A DNA stretch of 64,000 nt from Daphnia carinata (taxonomy: Eukaryota), in contig NC_081331.1 of NCBI RefSeq assembly GCF_022539665.2, positions 1,116,001 to 1,180,000 of the forward strand, in the 5' to 3' direction. The notes under the pieces are model-generated. The model did no database searches. It was not told the origin of the DNA and was given only the letters and a program-made list of their open reading frames with translations. Shown here in pieces: positions 25,173 to 37,100 of the stretch (position 1 is the first letter of the stretch; every line of letters starts with the position of its first letter). The translations under genes and the position numbers were made by a program.

Positions 25173-28100
25173 TCATGCTGTTGCAACTTCGTTATCGCCA
25201 TAGTGGTCGAGGAAAGGATTCCTCACTCCCGTTTTGCCAGTCCACGGGAAGACTTCAGGACAGGGCTGGCAGGTACGCATGTAGCGGACACCAGACTTGT
25301 GCCAGGCGTTGCAAACCTTCGAGGCGTTACACCGTTTGGGCCTCTCCTGCATATTCCAACGTTATACAGTTAATCGACCGAGTTTTCACGTCAAACAAAA
25401 ATGGATATTTTCAAGGCAAACATTTTTGTTTGCACATAGGTTCGTAACTTACCGGATAGTCGCAATTGAATGGTTTGAAGGATTTGATGCGATCCAATGG
25501 AGTGGGATCTCGTACCCACTGAATGGCTTGCCAGTTCGTTACCAACCAAACATCATCCATGGAGACGATAGTGTCGAGGAAAGCTTCAAATCCTTCTTTA
25601 TGATGAGCTGTGGTGAACCATGCGGCGTGATAGTACAAAGGAAATGGTGCCCTGTGAAAATTATTGCAAATTGCTGTTTCTTAATACCTTTCGTGTACGA
25701 TTATTTTACAATTTAGGTACCTGTTGGTTGTGTAGTGGCGTTCAAAGTTCTTGATCAACATTTTGTACACACCTTCGGCATCGGGTGGATTACTGCAACC
25801 GTCACCCATGGAGCAACGTCCTCCGTTCAAATCCTGCCACATAACCATAGGAACTTCCCAGACACCTAAAGGTGAAGGTGAATTAAGCCAGTTAATGAGG
25901 AAGCTCCATTTCTCGGGGTTATACCAGAGATGCAGTGAAATATTACCTGGGTAAGATTTGGTGGGACATGGTGGAATCATGCAGTCGTGGAAGATTTTAT
26001 AATCCAAAGTGTACGGCCAGGAAGGTGGCTTGTTCTCATAGACAGGCATGGACGAGTCGTACGTGAAGTTCATGTCGTAAAGCATTTTGAACATCCGGTT
26101 ACCTCCGACCTGTGAATGGATTAATCCGGTCGTTCATGAAATATGCGAATGTTTTATAGCGGGAGGATCGCACACACTTACCGACAAGAACGGAGCTCTC
26201 AGACCACGAATATCTTCTGCACGAACACCACCATAAGCGGCCATAATATCACGCTGTCCGGCAGCTTCTTTGGCCCATTTCTTGGCAGACATCTGTTCTC
26301 CAAAACTATGCCTGTGACATTTGGAAGGTTTGCAAGGAAAACACATTATACATTGCTGATTTTGAAATTGTCAAAAGGGAGATATAAAACCGCCACGTTC
26401 AAGTGTATCCAAACCGCGTTGCCACAAAAGATATCCGACCACTCTTAACCATTCAACCGACCATGTGTTGTTCATGAATTTTAGTAAACTCGACACCGAA
26501 ATTAACCGAAATGGTACCAAATATTTTGAGGACGGTGAGAGATTCAAGATGAGGAACCAACATTGTGGGAGAGAAACGTTCAGCAAAGTAGGATAGTATA
26601 GCAGGGAAGATGTATGATGCCGAATTCGAGGATATGTTGGGAGGATTTGATTTCCGTTGCCTGTTTTAGCACTGTCACTTACGAGATGGTGTGCGAGGCA
26701 ATCTCGTGTCCATCCGCATACAGGTTTTGGACCTGGCCGTAGTCGGTCCACTCGTGCGAGACGTAAAACGTAGCCGCGATCGGGCAGCCGTTCGGGTTGA
26801 GACGGCCTTTTTCGAAGAGATCGATGTACAGTTGCTTGTTTAGGTCGTTGACGGAATCATCAAACGTCAACAAGACAAGCTGCGGCACGGCATTGACACG
26901 CAGGCCGCCTGGAAAAAGGACACAAAGACGAGAGTGCGATAGAATCAAACTCGAGTGAAAAGAGGCGATCCGGAATCTCTCTTTGGTTGTTGCAGCATCA
27001 AGTCGCCTATTTCAATGAATTTGTTTTCTTTCCTACAATTGTGTTGTATAAAAGACTAGCTAATGGGTTTCGTCGATTTCAGTTTGCGTTTTCTTTTTTG
27101 TCGGATTGTTAAATGAAAGGCAAGAGGAACAAACGCCATCGTCTTGGTTGAATGGTAAACGAGAGGTTACGTCATATTTTGGACACGGTTAATCGGTGAT
27201 GGATATGTCTTGGACGAGGCAGTGGAACGGTTATCCTCGTGCCACTTACGAGATGGTGTGTGAAGCGATTTCGTGCCCATCAGCATACAGGTTCTGAACC
27301 TGGCCGTAGTCGGTCCATTCGTGTGAAACGTAAAACGTAGCGGCGATAGGACAACCGTTGGGGTTGAGTCGGCCCGTTTCAAACAAGTCGCTATAGAGCT
27401 CTTTATTCAGGTCGTTAACGGCGTCGTCGAAAGTCAGCAACACCAACTGTGGCGTGTCGATTGGTCGCAAACCGCCTTTGATAGAAATCAAATTGACGAA
27501 TTCCAAACAGCGGCGCAGAAATTCAAATTAGCATAAGTTACATCTTTTTTTCATTAATTAATAATGATTTGGAATGAAATTCAAATTCTATTCGCTAAAA
27601 ATTACTGGTCGATTTATCACCTGGAATGTCTTTTCCTCCGCAGTTGCAGTCGGGAAGACGGCAGACGTCAGCGTTACACTTTGCAGCAGGTTCATCCGGA
27701 GTGGGTTGTGGGAAGATGGGCTCCAATCTGAGTAAAGCAAGACGGTAATAAACTTAAAAACACAATTAATCGTCTCATGTGTTTCAGGTGGGCCTTACCG
27801 GCGGGGAGGATGTTGCATGATATCGATGGGTTCAGCAACCGGGGTACGGACCAAATCGGAAACGGGTTTCAATGTAGGACGACGTCTATTTAGAAAGGTA
27901 AAACGAAGCAGAATTAAGCCTTAGTTTCTTCATATTCAATTCCAACACAACGGCCAATGTGGTAAGCTACTAACTTGGGAACTGTTGCTGATGCAGGTGC
28001 GGATTCTTCTTCACGGTTCGAGTCAGATGGGCGGAAACGAGAAGCTCCTCTATCAGCTGAAGGCTTGCCTCTGTTTGATCCTCGTTGGACAGGTTTCGGT

Positions 28101-31100
28101 GTTGTTGTCGTCGTTGTAGTTGTTGTAGTAGTTGTCGTTGTAGTGGGGACGGCTCTACAAGAAGAATTACGGTTTAAATCCTTACTATCGAATGATTAGC
28201 AATTTTATTACCTCGTAACAGGGGGCTCGAAGAATTCTTCTTCTTGAGGACGGCCGCCAGTGGTTGCTGCTATTCAAACAATCACATTGAAAAACCCAGT
28301 TTGAAAAATGAAAGAAAACAATTAGGCACTTACGATCTTCAAAGATATCATAATCAGCAAACTGATCGACAGAAGGCTCCGAAGTGGCAAATTCATCAAC
28401 GGGGAAACCGTGATAGTCAACGTCCGGTTCGGTGAACTGACGAGTAGTGTGGACTGGCGCTCGTGTTGGGCGTTCCGTGGTCGTAGTGGGAACTATCCTT
28501 TCCGTCTGGGAAGACTGACGAGAAGGAGTGCTCGGTCTTTGAACTGGCTGTTGTCTTTGAGGAACTGGGGCTTCCCATTGATCGGTAAAATCGCCATTGC
28601 TGCTTGATTCGGTCGTTGGCTGACGAATTCCAGCGGTCTCTCGATGAAATTGATCGTTACCGGACAAGCTAGCTCCAGTTGGTACTCGCGAATCGGCAGG
28701 TGTTCTATGTGGAACCAAAACATAAGCAGTTAGAAAATGTATCGCCAACATTGGTCGATATTTTCTTCCAGAATTTCCGAAAAAACATGCATATAGTGAA
28801 GATAAGTGGAAACAGCTCGAAAGAAGGACGCGCAGAACATAAGGAACCCAACTGTGTGTGTCAATCAGCAAGTCACAAGAGAGACGTAGAGCGAAAGTCT
28901 GATAGGAGGTCTATAGTACAACATGTCCTTGTACCTTAACGGTGGTTGCCGTAACGTTTGCTGGGCTTGTCGTTGTGGTTGTTGTTGTTGTTCATTCCAG
29001 TCTAGCGTAGGTGATTGTTGTTCGTCATTAGGAGCATCGTAATCGTCAGTAATGATAGGATTGATTGGTGGGGCGGTTAGCAATGGACGGTTGGTATTAG
29101 GTAAGCGAGTGTTTGGTTGTTGTTTTGCAAATGCAGTGAACGGAACTTGGGGTTGTGTGAATGGTTGGTGTTGTTTTTGTTGTGGTGGCTGTGTCTGTTG
29201 TTTCCGGAACAATAATGGAACAACGCTATGTGGCGATGATTGTTGGTGTAATCCTGTGGAAAAATCGCCCTGAACTTCGGGAACGCGCACCTGCTGTTGG
29301 AACTGACCGACGTTCGATGACTGGCCATTGAATTGGCTGTCGGAAGGACGTTGACCAGTCTGGAATTGGCGAGAATTTGTGGGACTCTGATGGATGAAAT
29401 GCCTCGATTCAACAGCAGGTGATAGATCGTGGCTATCGCTGTGCAATTGAGCACCGCGTACTGGCACAGGGCCGTGATTGAGGTGTTCAAACACCGCCCG
29501 CTGCGAATTCGAGTTGATTGGAGTAAAATGCATCGATGGGATACTTTCTTCACGGAAACGTTGTTGCTTCGGCTGCTGACTATCGTGATTGGGGTTCCAG
29601 AAGAGTTCGTCATCGCTATTGGATTTCCGTGTTGTCGTATTTGTGTGTTTGTATTTGTGTTGGTTCGTTTTTTTTAAAAAAATGTTTTCCATGGACCAAT
29701 AAAACAAAAATAAGTCGCGTTATTAAACAAGGGAAAAGCGTCAAGTCCCAGCAAAAAAAACATCAAAAAAGAAAATGTTTTTTTTTTTTTTTTCGAAATA
29801 ATGCTGCGGAAATAATACAGCCATATCACCAAGTTTCATCAGTCATAAAGTAATCATCCCTTCCAGCAGTAAAAAACACCTAGGAATCAGGAAAGCTAAT
29901 TTGAGGTCACGACACATAGCCAACCAGCAAATACTTAATAGCTGTTTGCTGCTTTAGCTGGAATGAATGCGGAAACCTTTGACTGACGATCTTGTCCAAT
30001 TGGTAATTATCCTTTCATCTACCGTTATTTATGATAGTTAGTATCGGACTATGGCTGTATTATTGTACACGCTCCAAGACGGGAAAGCGGTTTTTGAGTG
30101 TGTGTCTGAGTTGGGATACGTGTATGATGGATGCCATCTACCTGTCAGCGTGTTTGCCCCTCATCCTCGCGTTCACGTTCCCATCACGATCGTTGTTGTG
30201 ATTAAAAACTGTGAAACCAGTAGAAGAAGTCTTTGTGTCGTCTTCGTCATCATAGTAGGTGTAGTCGTAATCGACTTCGTCATGACGATGGCTAATCATT
30301 CGTTCGTCAGGATGTTGTTCTCTCCGGAAGGCCATCGAGCGACTGTACACACCCAATCCCCAAAGGTTTACATGTTTAACAAAGTGGTGTAAATCGTCTG
30401 CCATTTTTTTTTGTGTGTGTATGTCGTTCGTGTGTGTCTACGTTCAGACTTGAGACTTGGCTCTTAATTTTTTTTTTGTCTCTTCATTTATCTTTTTCTT
30501 GGTGGTTGGGATTATTATTGGGACGTGGGGTCTTAACGTATTGCAATAAAGCTTTCATAGATTGTTTACCTGTGGGGGAAGCGAGGGTTGAAAGTAGTGG
30601 CTGGAATGAAATCCTCTGGAAGATCTTCAGAGCGCTACACAACACCGCAAAGATGAAAATCATCAATATAACTCAAGTTTCAATCAGAAAGCAAGGAAGA
30701 AACATTATTTTTGTACAAGTGTATCAACTTACGGGAGCTTGAGAACGAGAGTTGAAACTGCTTGGTTTGGGGCTTTCACTAGACAGCGTGTTCTTCGAAG
30801 TGCCACCAATCGGAGTGTTTGGTCCTTGGGACCGCAGAGGAGTTGTTCCCTGGAAATCACGTCCTTGTCGGTTATCAATGCTGGTGGCCACATCACCCAA
30901 CAGCTACGAAGCATTACGAAACGTTAATATTCAGTTAGTTTTTCGAATTCTTTTGCGTCGTTACCTCAAATGTCAGCGGTGTCTTGGATCGGGCGTTTGC
31001 GGTGGATGACCGGCTGGTTGTTGGTTTATTTCTGCTGTTCGATAACCATGAGCCGATGAGTAGATTGTTAATTGATTTTAAAAGAAAAGCTGTACTAACT

Positions 31101-34100
31101 CAGAACTTAAGAATTGCGTCAATGGAGAGTTGGATTTCGATTCGGTATTCGAAGTTCGGCTAGGTGTCTTGGGCGCATTGATGGCCATCGCTTCAGCTCC
31201 GGTTAAGCATCCAACGTTACGTGGCCAGTCGCAGGTCTGCAACTCGTGACTGTGTCGTGGGAAAAAATGACAAAAAAACAACAAAAAACACGGACCATTT
31301 GTGGCCAACGTTTGTCTTTGTCAAATGACGTAACAGAAATCACGGACTGTGAACAATTTTCATCACGGAAACCAAAAGTGTATGGTGTAGTATACATCCA
31401 TCGGAATGCTCGACTGCTCATGTGCAGACAACCGGAGCGAGAATCACTTGAACAGACCTTTGTTTTTTCATTCTTAGTTTTCTTTTATCTTTAGAAAAGA
31501 AAATTGTTTAGTGAAGAAAGCATTCATCTTTCAAGTGAAACGTCAGTTGGCTGTTCATGGGCCTGAAATAGTTTTGATTTCCCGCGTCGGACAATAGAGC
31601 GTGAGAGTTTTCGTTCACTTGGACGACAGCAGGTGAAGGAGAAGAATAGAAACGAGTACGACGACATTGCGTAAAAGAAGGAGAGGGGGGGGGGTTCTAT
31701 TTCATTAAAAGAAGAAGATGAGAATGAAATTAGGCCATTCTCCTTGAGAAAATTCCTATTACTGGCCGTCCGCTAGGTAAATTACGTCGTTAGGGAACAA
31801 ATGCAGTTACTAAAGAATTCTCGACCCAGCAAAGTATTTAGAGGCAGGTATCTGGGATGATTTACGGCATGGATTGCGCAAGAATGCAGCTTTGCAACTT
31901 GTTTAACTTTGTTGATTCAGAAAATGTGTTTAACGAACACGATGAACGCCATTCTTTGTAAGGTTTCATAAAAATCTACGGGTCACTAAAGTCGTGTGTG
32001 AATGTAGGGATTCAGAACGCACAAACAGGATTACAAGCGGTGGCAAAATAGGGAATTAAAAAACGAAAATAGATAATAGAAGAGAAATAGAATATAGGAC
32101 GGAAACGAGGTATTTGAAATTAATTTGACAAGAGAAGTGTGTGAGCAAGGAGAGGTTCAATCATCCTTTGTGCCATTTTTCTTAGAGCTTTCACTGCAAC
32201 TCTTTTCGCACACAATTCAGTCAGGGTTCTTAAAAGAAAACTATAAAGAATATGTGGCAATAGCTCTGTGACAATAGCTCCAAGGGTAAACCATAAATTG
32301 TGACTAGCTGTGAACTTTACCTGTAGACCAAACCGCCGGTGCAGCTTTCTAATAGGGCGCCACCGAATACACAAACGTAGTAGCTATAGAGAGGATAGCA
32401 ACAAGAGACCGGAAATTAATGATCGAAAATTCATTTTTATATAGGGTCATCAAAAATAATAATTTGCTAAAAAAAAAAAAAAAAATTGCGATAAAAATCC
32501 AAACTAGCGGTTTGGATTTTTCCTCTTACCGAGTGCAATCATTGGGCGCTGGGTAGTAACCGAATTCTTCGGGACATTCAAAATCAGGTGCCATTTCAAT
32601 CTCGCTACCGGCTATGCTCGTTCCAACTTTCGTCTTTTTCTGCCCAGCAGTCCAGCCTATTTCATTTGAAAAGAAATAAAAACAAATGTCGTAATTGAAA
32701 ACGAAACTTCATAGACCACAGTCATTGATTATGATGATTTTTCGGGTAGCCAAAAAAATCTCAAACGTCAAAGGAAAATAAAACAATTGAAAGTCAACAA
32801 AATAAAAAAAATAAAAAAAAACCTTCAATAATTTGGCTGGCTATTATATACATAATGTCACGTTGTGGTATGTGGCGGTGTGCAGCGCACTGGCATATAT
32901 ATCAAAAGACCCCCAATCAAAATGTCGAATTAAAAGTGAAAGAGCGTACGCTTATTGTCTTTCTTTCTATGGCCAGGTGACCATGAGAACCGCTCACGCT
33001 CAAATTCTTTTTGAATTTAGCTCCCCTTCACTAGTTGCAAACATGCAGTCATGGACTGCTGTCGACCGAAATCTCCTCGGGATCAATGGGCCCCACTCAT
33101 TCGAGGCGCCGCTCATGGCCTTTCATTTAATTATATTCTCGTAAAAAGAAAAAAAAAAAGCCAAGGCAAGACAGGCACACGCTTTTGTGTGATTTCGGTG
33201 CTAGCGCCTTTCTCTCGACGAAACAGAATGTGCATGGCGATGGAAAATGAAGTCGTCACTGCATTCAATTGGACAACGGTTATATAATTTTTCGGTCGTT
33301 GTGGGAAAAGAAGAGTAGTGAGAAAATGACGAAATGCCATGATGATGATGATGTCGGCTCCAATGTTCCATTTATTTAATCGTTAACTCTTTTTACGGAG
33401 AAAAAAAGAAAAACTTTCTTCGGAAAGCTAAACACACAGGGGCGTTAAAGTTCTCTACCACCGTAACTTGTTGTTAGCCATATTTGTGTGGGAATAGATT
33501 TATGAGACGGCTATACAATCGTGACTGTTATACCTAGATCTACCAAAGACTTTATGCCTAAACATATTTTAAAAGGCTGATGTCATCAACGTGAAATTTG
33601 ACTTTTCACGAAGGACTTTAGCGAATTGTCTTGCCTGGATAGAGGCGATAAGATAAAAGAAAGAAATACACTTATAGATAGAGAGTGATTGAATAGAATT
33701 GGAGAAGCAAAAAGAGCTAGCAAACATGAGAAAAGAAGAAGAATGAGGTGAAGAAATCGATCGTGAAATGGATACGCCTCAGTAACGGTTTGAAAGTTGG
33801 GACGACGTGCACGACTCTATACGTGTTCCCGAATGGATGGATTGAAAAAGAAGACGAAAGGAAAAGTAAAAGTATGACAGGCTTGTGCGAACGGAGAGAA
33901 AAAAAAATTAACGCCCTGCAACATAAAAAATAAAGAAAATGAAAAGAAATATTAACTTTCGCTCCCGAACTTGAAAAGAATTTTTTAAGAAAACCCCAAA
34001 AAAGAGGGAGAGAGCAGGTATACATCAGGTACGCTTTGTTACCTGCGGGATTATTATCGAAAAAAAAAAAAACTGCGTTCAGAAGAAGAAAATAAAAACT

Positions 34101-37100
34101 AGATGATTAATAGATTAATTTTCATGTCGTTTCTCAATTCGTCTAGTTGAACAGCTAACCTAGTCGACCTCGAAATACAAGAACATAACGAATGGAAAAA
34201 GATCCTTTTTTTTAATCTCCTGATGTGGACACGGCATGACTGATACGTTTATATGGTAGTATGGCCATCTTCAACAACGCACCATATTCGTGTTGGGAAA
34301 TACGTACATACACATGCAAATTCGTCCAAGATGAACATGGAGAAGAATTGGGAAACGCGAGAAGCTCAGATTGCACAAAAAAAAAACATCCAAGGTAAAA
34401 CGAAGGGAGTTCAAATGCAATCGGGAAGTCGCCAAGGATCACAGCTGTGATCTGTGCATGCTCTCGCCCTACCTTGAGGCCAAAGGGTGTGGTTCGTACC
34501 TAGTGAAAAATCGAGAGCCCCAACGGCCTTCAAATCAAGAGTTGTCTGATCGCATAACAGTTGACGTATGGGCATGCTCTCTCTTTTTTTTTTTTTCCTG
34601 ATCTAACACAAGTAAAGACGGGAGGAGTCACGTTGATAGTCAGCTCGATCGACAGTCAAAATATGGGCAATATGCTAAAGCATGAAACGAAGAAAAGAGA
34701 ACGTTTCTGTTGTACAGAAACACCATCTAAGCTAATAGGATGGTTAACTATTACGATGCTACTACCATCTTACGTTTGATGGTTCGTGATCTGTGAAGTC
34801 GTAAAGAAAGGGAGGGAGCGTGAGTTTCGCTCACGTCGAAAGTAAAGTGCGCAACTAGACAACAACGAGTTGAAGACATCAAATGACGGCCCTCTTCCTT
34901 TCTCACCTGAGCTAAAGTCGTGAAAACTTTCCCTTATTCACGGCAATTTGATCTTATTCTCCCACCTCATCGTCAATGAACAAAAAAAAAGTAATGTTTG
35001 TTGTCTTCCTTTTTTTTTCTTTCTCATTTTAGTTCTGACAAACTGGTCGTGATTTCCATTTGCTTCTGCACTTTTTACTATTTTACTTCAAAATGAATAG
35101 TTTCTCGTATTCAAAGTGGCTGTGGGGGCCATCGACTCTACTGTTAGCGCTCTTGCATTTCAAGCAAACATTGCTTACGAATGTGGTATTTGTAACATAA
35201 AGTGTTATTTACAACCAGTTAACTGTCGGACTATCAGCTTATGCGCCATCCAGATCCTCTTCCTTAAGTTAATATCGACCTTGACATCCTTCAAGGGCAC
35301 GTGACCAAAACACAAGAGAGGAATGAAGAGGTAATTTATGTGGATGCAAGAACAAAAGCGATCCCACCAGGAAGAGAATAAAGAACAACTGAAGACGAAG
35401 GTAGGGAAAGAAAAAAAAAAGGGAATTGTTTTTGAAAAGTGTTGGTTTATTGTTTTAACGCATAAAAGTATAAATCAAAAGATGAAGAGGAAAGCAACAC
35501 ACATTGTGTCCGAAAGAACCATAGGTCCATAAGGCCATAGTTCATTGTATACAAGCTGAGCATTAGAATACATTAGACTTTCAACTTGTAGAGAAAAAAA
35601 AAAAGAACAACGCTCTGGAGAGTCCGGCAGAACAATGGACATCGCTCAGCCGAACATCGCGGTCCAAAAAGACACTCCGGAGAGAGAGGAATTTAAAAAA
35701 AAGAAAAGAAAGAAAGGTCAAGAGAAAATGCAGATCCTCTTTCTTTTCCTCTTGTGCACTTTCTCTCCGTTAGCATCTTACGGAATATAGTACACACGTA
35801 CACACACACACGCACACACACTAGACGTAAGGTATTAGAGTGAGGAGAAAGAGAGAGGCTCATCAAACAGGTCCGTCTTGGGATAGGCCCTATATTTTTA
35901 TTCTCTCGTAGTCCTTCTATTCCAATCTTTCTATTCTCCATTCCCTTTTTTTGTTGTCCCTATATATATATATCCCCATTGAGCATATCCGTAATCACCG
36001 TCATTAGCATTATCTTTACTAAAGACAATCTCCTTTGGCAAACTGGGTTGGATTAAGAGCTAAAAAGCGTATTAAATGTGAACATTGCCAGCAAGTTGTA
36101 GTTAGATGTCGTGTAGGATGATGTATATCATCGTCAAGTGAAATGACAACTCGTGACGAGGGTTATCAAAAAGCTTCTTCTATCATCTCTGGTGTAGTTT
36201 GGATTACTGGCCTACTTTTACTTTTAAGTTTGAACAGTAATAAAAAAAAGGGCAAAAGAAAATGAGTGCGTGTGTGTGTGTTTCAGATTCCAAAAATCAG
36301 ATAGGTAATAATTATGATAATAATAAGATTGCGAATGTTGGGGAAAGTTGGCGGATACATCTGTTACATCTTTTTTTGCTTGTAATTTCTATCTTTTTCG
36401 TATGAGATTCTCCCTCTAATAAAACAAAGAAAAGGGGTAAAACAAACAAGCGATTGAATTTTGGAGCGTGAAATACACGAAAGCCCCGAGCCCACCTGGA
36501 ACCCGGTACACCAGTTTCCATTTCGAATTCAAATTTGTTCCTTCGTCACCAACCCATTGTAGGACGCAGAACGTGCTCTTACTTCTTAAACATTTCTCGT
36601 ATGCAAAACAAGTTCGTACTGGAACTATTCAACAAAAAATCTTCAACATTAGAATAATGCATAGGGAAGCAGAATTGAGTAGAAGAGGACACGGTCTGTT
36701 TTGCATTGCGCTTTTAATTATTTAGCATCTACCGTGGTTGCGGCTAGCATCGTCGCAAACTGTCCCGGATAGAATAATAAAAAGGTATTCCGGTGATCAA
36801 CGGAATGGCATTTAACTACACAATGTGCATTATGCCACTCACCGCCAAGAAAGTGAGTGAAGGTTCCTTTCTTTTCTGCAAGAGCACTTGCGCGTTTGAC
36901 TGACTTGTTTGGCAGACTCGTGTCCTTCACTCTCCATTTACTTGTCAGAGGGTTGCGTCAACCATTCTTCCATTTCTTTAAATAGGTATCGCATTTATAT
37001 TTCGATACAATTCGGATTGCACACACACGAAAAAAAGTAGAACTTGTTATTGGAATTCGTGCCAAAAAGTGAATTCAGCCAATTTTCAAGTAGAAATCTT

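Noticed and set aside
26683..27475. Duplicated exon as an assembly artefact or pseudo-exon
   Set aside because: Copies differ at many synonymous sites, flanking introns are unrelated, and both have open frames and canonical splice sites.
32469..32521. Hairpin plus U-run as an intrinsic terminator
   Set aside because: Lies in a spliceosomal intron of a eukaryotic Pol II gene; long T runs are common throughout the window.
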